Below are positions 19,049 to 27,287 of a DNA stretch of 64,000 nt, piece after piece. The stretch is from Spirochaetia bacterium. Its GTDB lineage: Bacteria > Spirochaetota > Spirochaetia > SZUA-6 > Bin103. Under the pieces are notes generated by a model. That model was not told the origin of the DNA. It was given only the letters and a program-made list of their open reading frames with translations, and made no database searches. The stretch is taken from assembly GCA_965199955.1 (NCBI GenBank), contig CBDATQ010000001.1, forward strand, positions 1,824,001 through 1,888,000. Reading direction: 5' to 3'. Position numbers and translations under genes: made by a program. The stretch's first letter is position 1; each line of letters starts with the position of its first letter.

Positions 19049-19941
19049 CGGGCACGGGCGTGCGGCGCATGCAGGCGTTCGACGTGCTCAACCACCTGCT
19101 GCTGCTGCTGATCGGCGTGGCCTGTTTCTATCCGCTGGTGCACGTCCTGTCGCTGTCGCTGTCGAGCGAGCGGGCGATCGTGCAGGGCATCACCTGGTTT
19201 CCGCGCGACATCGACCTGATCTCCTACAAGTTCATGCTCACCCATAACCGCATCATCGGCGGCTACGCCAACACGATCCTGTACACGGCGACCGGCACCT
19301 TCATCAGCGTGGCGTTGACCGCGATGACCGCCTATCCGCTGTCAAGGCGGCGGCTGTTCGCGCGCGTGCCGATCACGTTCATGATGGTGTTCACCATGCT
19401 GTTCTCCGGCGGCCTGATCCCGACCTATCTGCTGGTACGGGCGCTGGGGCTCCTGGACACCATGTGGGCGCTGGTCCTGCCGCCGGCGATCGCGGTCTGG
19501 AACCTGATCATCCTGCGCACCTTCTTCCAGAACCTGCCGGAGGAGATGGAGGAGGCGGCCCGGATCGACGGCGCGGGCGTGCTCCGCACCCTGCGCACCG
19601 TGATCATGCCCCTGTCCAAGGCCGCACTGGCCACCATCGGCCTGTTCTACGCCATCGGCCTCTGGAACCAGTACTTCGCGCCGCTGGTCTATCTGCGCGA
19701 CATCGACAAGATGCCGCTGCAGATCATCGTGCGCGACATGATCTGGGGGGACATCATGCGGCAGCGGGCCATCTCCAACAGGAACCCGTTCGCCGAAGAA
19801 TTGACTGACTTCTCGGTCATGCTGCAACTCGAAAAACTGAAGTGGACGGCGCTGTTCGTCTCCATCGTGCCGCTGCTGCTGGTCTATCCGTTCATTCAGA
19901 GATACTTCGTCAGGGGGGTGATCATCGGAGCACTGAAATAG
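19042..19941 (+). CDS. Carbohydrate ABC transporter permease (LplC-like)
   Basis: FSGGLIPTY, MEEAARIDGA and YPFIQRYFVRG motifs. Confidence 0.93.
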   Translation: MVTGTGVRRMQAFDVLNHLLLLLIGVACFYPLVHVLSLSLSSERAIVQGITWFPRDIDLISYKFMLTHNRIIGGYANTILYTATGTFISVALTAMTAYPLSRRRLFARVPITFMMVFTMLFSGGLIPTYLLVRALGLLDTMWALVLPPAIAVWNLIILRTFFQNLPEEMEEAARIDGAGVLRTLRTVIMPLSKAALATIGLFYAIGLWNQYFAPLVYLRDIDKMPLQIIVRDMIWGDIMRQRAISNRNPFAEELTDFSVMLQLEKLKWTALFVSIVPLLLVYPFIQRYFVRGVIIGALK

Positions 19942-20021
19942 GCGCGAAGACAGAAAGAAACCCGGCAGGATCGATGATCCGGTCCTGACACGCTCACACC
20001 TGACACTCACAAGGAGCAACG

Positions 20022-21614
20022 ATGCAAACGATAGTCAGACGACTGCTGCCGATCGCGGCGCTGCTGGCGCTGCTGGCGGCTCCGGCCGTCGCGCAGACCG
20101 TGACCTACACGATCGTCAGCGACAGCCTCGGGAAGACCTTCGAGGAACCGATGTTCGTCGAGCTGGAGAAGATCACCGGCGTGCGCCTGGAGCCGCGGCT
20201 GTTCCCGGAAGACGACATTCCCAATCACTACGCGCTGATGGCCGCCGCCGACGACCTGCCCGACCTGGCCGCCCGGCTGCCGGGCAACCTGTCCCTGCAG
20301 TTCGGCCTGGAAGGGCTGCTGATGGGGCTGCGTGATCTCGAGGAGCACCGGCCCAACTTCGTCGACACCATCGAACGGTACAAGTTCGACTTCGACACGT
20401 TCCTGGCCCGCGTCGGCACGGCGGACGGCGATTACTTCGTGTCGCCGACGCTGGGCGGCTGGTACAAGAACATCAAGAACGCGATCATCTACCGGAGCGA
20501 CATCTTCGCCGAGCACGGCATCGAGGTGCCGACGACCAGCGAGGAGCTCGCCGACGTGCTGAAGCAGCTCAAGGAGCTCTATCCGGACAGCATCCCGTAC
20601 ATGACATTCCGCGACTGGTGGTGGCCGTTCTTCGTGATGTTCGGCGTGTACGACTATCCTCAGGGAGAGGACTACTACCACCAGACCGCCTACCAGGACG
20701 CGCTGCGCTACATCGCCGACCTGTACGCGGCCGGCGCCGTCGACCAGGAGTTCCCGACCCGCCAGTACGCGGAGTGGAACAAGGCGCTCAACGAGGAAGC
20801 GACGACCTTCATGGAGGGCACGCACGGCTACTCCTTCCACGGCAACGCGCCGACGCTGCTCGGCATCAGCAGCGAGGAGAACGCGGCAGCCGCCGCCGAT
20901 CCCTTCGGGCCGGCCGGCCAGGCCGTGCTGGACAAGCTCAACGCGAAATTCGCGTTCATGAGCATTCCCACGCACGGCAGCGCCAAGCGCGTGAGCCCGC
21001 CGTCCAGCAACGTGAACCCCTTCGGCATCGGCTTCAACGCCAACATCGAGATGCCCGAGGTGGCCGCGAATTGGCTGGACTTCTTCTATTCCGAGTACGG
21101 AGCGGCGTGGACGGGAATCTCCTCGCCCGAAGGGGTCAAGTGGGTCAACACCAATGCCGCCGCCGGCGACGTCATGTGGCCGTCGTTCGGCGACGCGATG
21201 GTGGAGCGGCGGCCGGCGACCGCGGAGGAGATTGATGCCTCCTACAGCACGTACGAGCGCGCGTTCCTGCTGTTCCGCAGGTTCAACCACGACTTCCCGA
21301 CCCTTCCGCAGGTCATGGAGCACAGCGGCCAGACCGCGGTGCGCCGCGTGGACGTGTTCGCCATGGACGACTCCCAGAAGGAGCGGGAGGCGACCCTGGT
21401 CGCGCAGATCAATCCGGTCGTCCAGGAGTGGGAGGACAACTTCATTCTTGGCAGGCGGAACGTGGACGACGACTGGGGCGACTACCTGGCCGCGCTCGAC
21501 CGCGCCGGCCTGCAGGACTTGCTGGCGCTGCGTGCCGACACGCTGAAGCGCGCCGACAGCCACATCATCGAGCCCGTACCGGACAAGGACGGCCGCTCGA
21601 CCCTGGCGCCGTAG
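20022..21614 (+). CDS. Carbohydrate ABC transporter substrate-binding protein
   Basis: Signal peptide ending AVA-Q, LEKITGV, DLPD and PTTSEELADVLK. Follows the two permeases. Confidence 0.88.
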   Translation: MQTIVRRLLPIAALLALLAAPAVAQTVTYTIVSDSLGKTFEEPMFVELEKITGVRLEPRLFPEDDIPNHYALMAAADDLPDLAARLPGNLSLQFGLEGLLMGLRDLEEHRPNFVDTIERYKFDFDTFLARVGTADGDYFVSPTLGGWYKNIKNAIIYRSDIFAEHGIEVPTTSEELADVLKQLKELYPDSIPYMTFRDWWWPFFVMFGVYDYPQGEDYYHQTAYQDALRYIADLYAAGAVDQEFPTRQYAEWNKALNEEATTFMEGTHGYSFHGNAPTLLGISSEENAAAAADPFGPAGQAVLDKLNAKFAFMSIPTHGSAKRVSPPSSNVNPFGIGFNANIEMPEVAANWLDFFYSEYGAAWTGISSPEGVKWVNTNAAAGDVMWPSFGDAMVERRPATAEEIDASYSTYERAFLLFRRFNHDFPTLPQVMEHSGQTAVRRVDVFAMDDSQKEREATLVAQINPVVQEWEDNFILGRRNVDDDWGDYLAALDRAGLQDLLALRADTLKRADSHIIEPVPDKDGRSTLAP

Positions 21615-21621
21615 CGCCGCA

Positions 21622-21646
21622 GACCGCCGCTTCGCGCGGCGGTTTC
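21622..21646 (+). terminator. Stem-loop after the substrate-binding protein gene
   Basis: accgccgc-ttcgc-gcggcggt followed by a short T tract. Confidence 0.5.
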
Positions 21647-21724
21647 GTCATGGGACGCCCGGGCGGAGCCGGCACGGCCGGCTCCGCATCGGGCCTCTCC
21701 CGAATCTCTTTCACGGAACCATTC

Positions 21725-23383
21725 ATGACTCTCATCACCGACTTCTCGATCGCGCAGCCGGCGGACCGGCTGATCACCGACGACCGGACGACGTTCGGCC
21801 CGATCTCCAGGCCGAAGCCGGGCGCGTGGCGCCTGATCGACTACGAGACCGAGCAGTTCGGCGGCCGGTTCCTGCAGGCATCCGACCGGCAGGCCGCCGT
21901 GCTGACGGTGCCGCTCGGCTGCGACGGGTGGCACGCGGTGTCGATCGGCATCGCCGGCAGCGGCGTCAAGCAGGGCCCGGCCTCGATCGAGGTGCGGCTG
22001 GAGGGCGACGAGCACTGGCAGTACCTGCGCGCCGAGGGGTGGATCGACTACGTGGAGGAGCCGTGGATCATCGCCGACCTCACCGGCCGGTCGCTGCAGG
22101 TGCGCTTCCCGCAGCAGGTGCCAGGGCCGGTGCTGGCGCGCCTGTGCTCGGTGCGGGCGGTTCCCGTCAGCGACGAGCACGTGCGCGAGCTCCGGGACGA
22201 CCCGCCGCGTCCACTGGTGTTCTCGAACGACGGCAACATGTTCAACGGCGCCGAGCCGGGCACGGAGATCGTGGAGCAGGCGTTCCGCCGGTTCGCGGGC
22301 AGCCCGTGGACCATGGGCTGCTACGGGGTGGGCGGCGCCGACTGCGTCCACTACGGCACCAAGGTTGGGAACATCATCGGCCAGGACGCCTGGGATTCCG
22401 AGGAGGGCTACCTGGGCAGCTACGACGTGGTCACCGCCATGATCGACATGGGGCTCGACCCCCTGCAGGTGGCGATCGACAGCGCGCACCGCCTGGGCCT
22501 GGGGATCGTCGCCTACCTGCGCGTGCAGCTCTGGATCTGCGAGCCGCCGCTGGACCAGCAGTTCCGCTCCTCTTTCTACGCCGCGCATCCCGAGTACTGC
22601 TGCGTGGAGGCCGACGGGGTTGCCGACCACAGCAAGCTGAGCGTCGCCTTTCCCGAGGTGCGCGGGCAGCTCAACGGCATCATGCGCGAGTGCCTGGAGC
22701 GCGGCGCCGACGGGGTGTGCCTGTGCTTCGCGCGCGGCTTCCCGCTGGTGCGCTACGAGCAGCCGGTACTGGACCGCTACCGGGAGCGGTACGGCGGCGA
22801 CGCGCGCGAGCTGGACGACCGCGACGAGCGGCTGCGCGCCGTCTGGGCGGAGATCACGACCGAGTGGATCCGGGAGATCCGGCAGATGCTGGACGAATTC
22901 GGCCCGTCGGAACGGTACGAGCGGCGCAAGCTGGCGCTGATCGCCGGCCCTGACATGGAGTGGTGCCTGGGCTACGGGATCGACGTGGGCGCCTGGGGGC
23001 GGGCGGGGTTGATCGACGTCGTCGCGCCGTACCCGCGCGGCATCGAAAAGCGGGAGGACATCTGCGAACTGTTGACCGCAGGAGTGGGCGAGTACGCGCG
23101 GGCGCTGGAGGGGACGGACGTGGAACTGGTGCCGTCACTGGGCAGCTTCGCCGACCACGCGATGACGGTCCGGGAGGTGCGCACACGCGCCGACGGCTGT
23201 TACCGCCAGGGCGCCACCGGCCTGAGCCGCTGGGACACCGACCCCTGGATGGCCCACCTGGGACTGGAGAGCGCCGTCGCGCAGCGGCTGTGGGTCGAGC
23301 ACTACATGCCGCCGGCCGCCAACGCCGTGGTGTCCACCGCCGGCCTGAACCGGGTCCGCTTCAACCCCCGCATCGGCGTGTGA
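21725..23383 (+). CDS. Glycoside-hydrolase-like TIM-barrel protein, tandem copy 1
   Basis: FSNDG, FYAAHPEY, LSVAFPEVR and GADGVCLCFARG motifs. Close paralogue of the next gene. Confidence 0.75.
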   Translation: MTLITDFSIAQPADRLITDDRTTFGPISRPKPGAWRLIDYETEQFGGRFLQASDRQAAVLTVPLGCDGWHAVSIGIAGSGVKQGPASIEVRLEGDEHWQYLRAEGWIDYVEEPWIIADLTGRSLQVRFPQQVPGPVLARLCSVRAVPVSDEHVRELRDDPPRPLVFSNDGNMFNGAEPGTEIVEQAFRRFAGSPWTMGCYGVGGADCVHYGTKVGNIIGQDAWDSEEGYLGSYDVVTAMIDMGLDPLQVAIDSAHRLGLGIVAYLRVQLWICEPPLDQQFRSSFYAAHPEYCCVEADGVADHSKLSVAFPEVRGQLNGIMRECLERGADGVCLCFARGFPLVRYEQPVLDRYRERYGGDARELDDRDERLRAVWAEITTEWIREIRQMLDEFGPSERYERRKLALIAGPDMEWCLGYGIDVGAWGRAGLIDVVAPYPRGIEKREDICELLTAGVGEYARALEGTDVELVPSLGSFADHAMTVREVRTRADGCYRQGATGLSRWDTDPWMAHLGLESAVAQRLWVEHYMPPAANAVVSTAGLNRVRFNPRIGV

Positions 23384-23387
23384 GTCC

Positions 23388-25037
23388 GTGACCCTCATCA
23401 CCGACTTCTCGATCGCGCAGCCGGCCGACCGGCTGATCGCGGACGACCCGACGACGTTCGGCCCGATCTCCAGGCCGAAGCCGGGCGCGTGGCGCCTGAT
23501 CGACTACGAGACCGAGCAGTTCGGCGGCCGGTTCCTGCAGGCATCCGACCGGCAGGCCGCCGTGCTGACGGTGCCGCTCGGCTGCGACGGGTGGCACGCG
23601 GTGTCGATCGGCATCGCCGCCAGCGGCGTCAAGCGGGGGCCGGCCTCGATCGAGGTGCGGCTCGAAGGCGACGAGCACTGGCAGTACCTGCGTGCCGAAG
23701 ACTGGATCCACTACGTGGAGGAGCCGTGGATCATCGCCGATCTCACCGGCCGGTCGCTGCAGGTACGCTTCCCGCGGCAGGTGCGGGGGCCGGTGCTGGC
23801 GCGCCTGTGCTCGGTGCGGGCCGTTCCCGTGCGCGACGAGCACATGCGGGAGCTTGCGGCCGAGCGGCCGCGGCCGCCGATGTTCATCCACGACAGCGCC
23901 GTCGCCGAGCCGGGCGCCGAGGCCATCGAACGGTTGTTCCGGCCGTATGCCGGCAGCGTGTGGACGTCGGGTTGCTACGGCGTGTGCGGCGCCGACTGCG
24001 TCGACTACCCCACCGAGGTGGGGAACATCAACGGCCAGGACGCCTGGGATGCCGAGGAGGGCTACCTGGGCAGCTACGACGTGATCACCCGGATGATGGC
24101 CATGGGGCTCGACCCCTTGCAGGTGGCGATCGACAGCGCGCACGGAGCAGGGCTGGCCCTGATCGTCTACCTGCGCGTGCAGCTCTGGACCTGCGAGCCG
24201 CCGCTGGACCAGCAGTTCCGCTCCTCTTTCTACGCCGCGCATCCCGAGTACTGCTGCGTGGAGGCCGACGGGGTTGCCGACCACAGCAAGCTGAGCGTCG
24301 CCTTTCCCGAGGTGCGCGGGCAGCTCAACGGCATCATGCGCGAGTGCCTGGAGCGCGGCGCCGACGGGGTGTGCCTGTGCTTCGCGCGCGGCTTCCCGCT
24401 GGTGCGCTACGAGCAGCCGGTACTGGACCGCTACCGGGAGCGGTACGGCGGCGACGCGCGCGAGCTGGACGACCGCGACGAGCGGCTTCGTGCCGTCTGG
24501 GCGGAGATCACGACGGAGTGGATCCGGGAGATCCGCGAGATGCTGGACGAGTTCGGGCCGTCACAGCGGTACGAACGTCGCAAGCTGGCGCTGATCGCGG
24601 GTCCTGACATGGAGTGGTGTCTGGGCTACGGGATCGATGTGGGCGCCTGGGGCCGCGCGGGGCTGGTCGACGTCGTCGCCCCGTACCCTCGGGGCATCGA
24701 GCGGCAGGAGGACCTCGGGGAGCTGCTCGTCGACGGAGTGGGAGAGTACGCGCGGGCGCTGAAGGGGACGGACGTGGAGCTGGTCCCGTCAATCGGCAGC
24801 TTCGCCGACCATGCGATGACGGTCCGGGAGGTGCGCACGCGCGCCGACGGCTGTTACCGCCAGGGCGCCACCGGCCTGAGCCGCTGGGACACCGACCACT
24901 GGATGATCCACCTGGGACTGGAGAGCGTCGTCGCGCAGCGGCTGTGGGTCGAGCACTACATGCCGCCGGCCGCCAATGCGGTGGTGTCCATCGCCGGCCT
25001 GAACCGAATCCGCTTCAACCCGCGCATCGGCGTCTGA
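23388..25037 (+). CDS. Glycoside-hydrolase-like TIM-barrel protein, tandem copy 2
   Basis: Same N- and C-termini as copy 1 (MTLITDFSIAQ...RFNPRIGV). Confidence 0.75.
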   Translation: MTLITDFSIAQPADRLIADDPTTFGPISRPKPGAWRLIDYETEQFGGRFLQASDRQAAVLTVPLGCDGWHAVSIGIAASGVKRGPASIEVRLEGDEHWQYLRAEDWIHYVEEPWIIADLTGRSLQVRFPRQVRGPVLARLCSVRAVPVRDEHMRELAAERPRPPMFIHDSAVAEPGAEAIERLFRPYAGSVWTSGCYGVCGADCVDYPTEVGNINGQDAWDAEEGYLGSYDVITRMMAMGLDPLQVAIDSAHGAGLALIVYLRVQLWTCEPPLDQQFRSSFYAAHPEYCCVEADGVADHSKLSVAFPEVRGQLNGIMRECLERGADGVCLCFARGFPLVRYEQPVLDRYRERYGGDARELDDRDERLRAVWAEITTEWIREIREMLDEFGPSQRYERRKLALIAGPDMEWCLGYGIDVGAWGRAGLVDVVAPYPRGIERQEDLGELLVDGVGEYARALKGTDVELVPSIGSFADHAMTVREVRTRADGCYRQGATGLSRWDTDHWMIHLGLESVVAQRLWVEHYMPPAANAVVSIAGLNRIRFNPRIGV

Positions 25038-25086
25038 CTCCCGGAGAGACGCTGACGAGCGCATCGCTGGTCGACTTCTCTGTAGA

Positions 25087-25225
25087 TTGCCGCCATGGCG
25101 GTAAATTTGCCGATATTGATAGGCCTTTGCCACGCTTTACGCGATATTGCTGCTATGGCAGTAACATATGGTCAAGTCGCTTGACGCCGTGCGATTAATA
25201 CACGAATATACCGCCATACCGGTAA
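25087..25225. promoter_or_regulatory. Three palindromic operators and a -35-like box upstream of hipB
   Basis: ttgcc-gccatggc-ggtaa (25087), ttgct-gctatggc-agtaa (25147) and atacc-gccatacc-ggtaa (25208). TTGACG at 25181. Confidence 0.7.
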
Positions 25226-25238
25226 TAGAGGCTGAAAC

Positions 25239-25514
25239 ATGAAGATCCTCACGTCTCAGTCGCTTGGTGAAGCGCTCCGGTACCACCGTCGGCGCAGCGG
25301 ACTGAGCCAGCATGCACTGGCCGACCTTGCAGGCATCGGCAAGACTTCGGTCTTCGACATCGAGAAAGGGAAGCCGACGGTACGCCTGGCGACGGTGATG
25401 GCGGTCCTGCGCGCCCTCAATATCGATCTGATGCTCGACGGACCGCTGATGGCTGAGTGCCGCGCCTTGCTGGACTCCGAGCGCCGGAACGCGGGCGCGG
25501 AGAACGAGCCGTGA
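25239..25514 (+). CDS. HipB-like XRE HTH regulator/antitoxin
   Basis: LSQHALADLAGIGKTSVFDIEKGKPTVRL, upstream of HipA-type genes. Confidence 0.9.
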   Translation: MKILTSQSLGEALRYHRRRSGLSQHALADLAGIGKTSVFDIEKGKPTVRLATVMAVLRALNIDLMLDGPLMAECRALLDSERRNAGAENEP

Positions 25515-25822
25515 GGAGAGCCACGGTCCACGTGATGGGCGCGCCGGCCGGAGTGCTCGAGGAACCCGAGCCGGGGCGGTTCGTGTTCCGGTACCTGGAT
25601 GCCTACGACGGCCCGCCGGTCTCGCTCACCATGCCGGTTGCGAGGCAGGAGCGCTCGTTCGACCGGTTTCCCCCGTTCTTCGAGGGGTTGCTGCCGGAAG
25701 GCGAGATGCTGGAGGGGCTGCTGCGCCAGCGCAAGCTCGATCGCGACGACCTGTTCGCGCAGCTCCTGGCGGTGGGCGAGGAGGTGGTCGGGGCGGTAAC
25801 GGTGGTCGAGGATACGGCTTGA
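25511..25822 (+). CDS. HipA N-terminal domain protein (Couple_hipA, HipS-like)
   Basis: AGVLEE..FVFRY...PVSLTMP...FPPFFEGLLPEG...VGAVTV. GTGA overlap with hipB. Confidence 0.9.
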   Translation: MRRATVHVMGAPAGVLEEPEPGRFVFRYLDAYDGPPVSLTMPVARQERSFDRFPPFFEGLLPEGEMLEGLLRQRKLDRDDLFAQLLAVGEEVVGAVTVVEDTA

Positions 25823-26154
25823 ACCGCTGCCCCATCACCTACGAACCGTGCGGCGACGACCGGTACTCCCGCGCAGGGCTGCGCTCGCTGTCGCCCAATC
25901 TGAAGTCCCTGCACGACTTTCCCTACGCAGCCGAACGGCAACGGCAGGAGGCAGTGATCCGGGCGGGCAGGATGTCGATCCAGGGAGTGCAGCCGAAGCT
26001 GAGCGTACGCCTCGACGCCACGGCAGGCATGTTCCGGGTCGTCGATCGGGGCGGACGGTACGTCCTCAAGCCGCAGCACCACGTGTACCCGAACCTGCCG
26101 GAGAACGAGGGCGCTCTATCTCGCACTGCTCAGCGAACGCCTGGTGGTCCTTGA
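25819..26154 (+). pseudogene. Truncated HipA/HipT kinase toxin
   Basis: RCPITY..MSIQGVQPKLS..YVLKP..LPENE, then unrelated sequence and a stop at 111 aa. The catalytic DxHxKN and PxYD motifs are absent. Confidence 0.88.
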
Positions 26155-26163
26155 CCTGAACGG

Positions 26164-26745
26164 ATGAGCGGTCCCTCCCGCCGGTCGCCGTACACGTCCG
26201 CGGGGCCGTGCTATGCTTGCGGTTCGGTGTCGTCTCCCCGCGAGGATCGGGGTCACGGATACCCCGACCTGAAACCGCTGCTCGACGTGTACTTGGCCGA
26301 GGTGCGCGACAGGCTCGGGACAGACGTGTCCGCGGTTGCCCTCTACGGGTCGGTGGCCCGCGGCCAGGCGCGCGCGGCGAGCGACATCGACCTGTTCGTG
26401 GTCCATCGCGGCGAGCGGGCTGCAGTGTTCGAGGTCTTCCTCGATGTCGCGCTTCGGTTGCGGGACCATCCGCTGGTTGCAGGGCTGCAGGCACGCGACG
26501 CCCCGACCGAGCCGTGTCCCGTGTTCCGTTCCGAGGAAGAATTGGCGGATACGCCATGGCTCCTGCTGGACGTCTGCGACCACGGCATCATCCTGTTCGA
26601 TCCACGCGAGGTTCTGGCGCGCAAGCTGGCGAGCCTGCGCGCTCGCCTGCGCGAGCTCGGCTCTCGCCGCGTCGAGCTGGCCGACGGCTCCTGGTATTGG
26701 GACCTGAAGCCCGATATGCGCGCCGGCGAAGTCATCGCCCTGTAG
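26164..26745 (+). CDS. Minimal nucleotidyltransferase (MNT) antitoxin, start uncertain
   Basis: ALYGSVARGQARAASDIDL. Confidence 0.85.
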   Translation: MSGPSRRSPYTSAGPCYACGSVSSPREDRGHGYPDLKPLLDVYLAEVRDRLGTDVSAVALYGSVARGQARAASDIDLFVVHRGERAAVFEVFLDVALRLRDHPLVAGLQARDAPTEPCPVFRSEEELADTPWLLLDVCDHGIILFDPREVLARKLASLRARLRELGSRRVELADGSWYWDLKPDMRAGEVIAL

Positions 26746-26761
26746 CGGCGGAACGGCTGTC

Positions 26762-27199
26762 ATGGACAACGGGGAGCGCGGGCGGAGGCTGATGGCGATG
26801 GCGAGCGAGTATCTGCAGGACATGGAGGCTTCCTACGCCCGCAAGTCGTGGAACGCCGTGGTCCGCCGCGCACAGGAAGTCGTCGAGCTGTCCCTGAAAG
26901 GGGTGCTCAGCTATCTGGGGGTGGACTTCCCGAAGGTACACGATCCGGCCGCCGTGTTCGTCGCCACCGTGTCCGCCAGGGGCATGGAGTTGGGCCAGGA
27001 GGAAGCGGCGGACGTAACCGCCGTCTCGGCCAGACTTGCCCGCAAACGCGCGCCGGCGTTCTACTTCGAGCACACCGAAGACGCCTCCGCGGCCGAGGAA
27101 GCGGTGGCTGACGCGCGCCGCATTCATCGGCTGTGCACGCGCCTCGTCGCGGGCATCCAAGCCCTGTCCTCAGAGCCGGACTGTCCCGGATCCGAGTGA
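26762..27199 (+). CDS. HEPN domain protein
   Basis: AQEVVELSLKGVL...FPKVHD...RAPAFY, directly after the MNT gene. Confidence 0.88.
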   Translation: MDNGERGRRLMAMASEYLQDMEASYARKSWNAVVRRAQEVVELSLKGVLSYLGVDFPKVHDPAAVFVATVSARGMELGQEEAADVTAVSARLARKRAPAFYFEHTEDASAAEEAVADARRIHRLCTRLVAGIQALSSEPDCPGSE

Positions 27200-27287
27200 C
27201 GTGAGCGCCCGCGCCAACCACGTCGCACCGCCGGTAGCGGAGCGCTCCTACCGCGTCACAGCGATCGTCGTATGATGCGGGGCAACC

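Larger units (their letters stand above)
21725..25037 (+). repeat. Direct tandem duplication of about 1.65 kb
   Basis: 21725-23383 versus 23388-25037. The block 22537-22833 appears identical to 24191-24487 by eye. Confidence 0.95.

Noticed and set aside
20007..21563. Long antisense and alternate-frame ORFs (also 38764-41079, 43998-46079, 49180-51018, 55089-57056)
   Set aside because: These are shadow ORFs caused by high GC3 codon bias on the real coding strand. They are Arg/Gly/Ala-rich with no motifs.
21725..25037. Diversity-generating retroelement template/variable repeat pair
   Set aside because: It is a whole-gene duplication, the differences are not adenine-specific, and there is no reverse transcriptase in the window.
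25087..25225. Repeats with a period of about 60 bp as a mini CRISPR array
   Set aside because: The repeats are only 18 bp, degenerate and palindromic, there are no cas genes, and the position fits operators.
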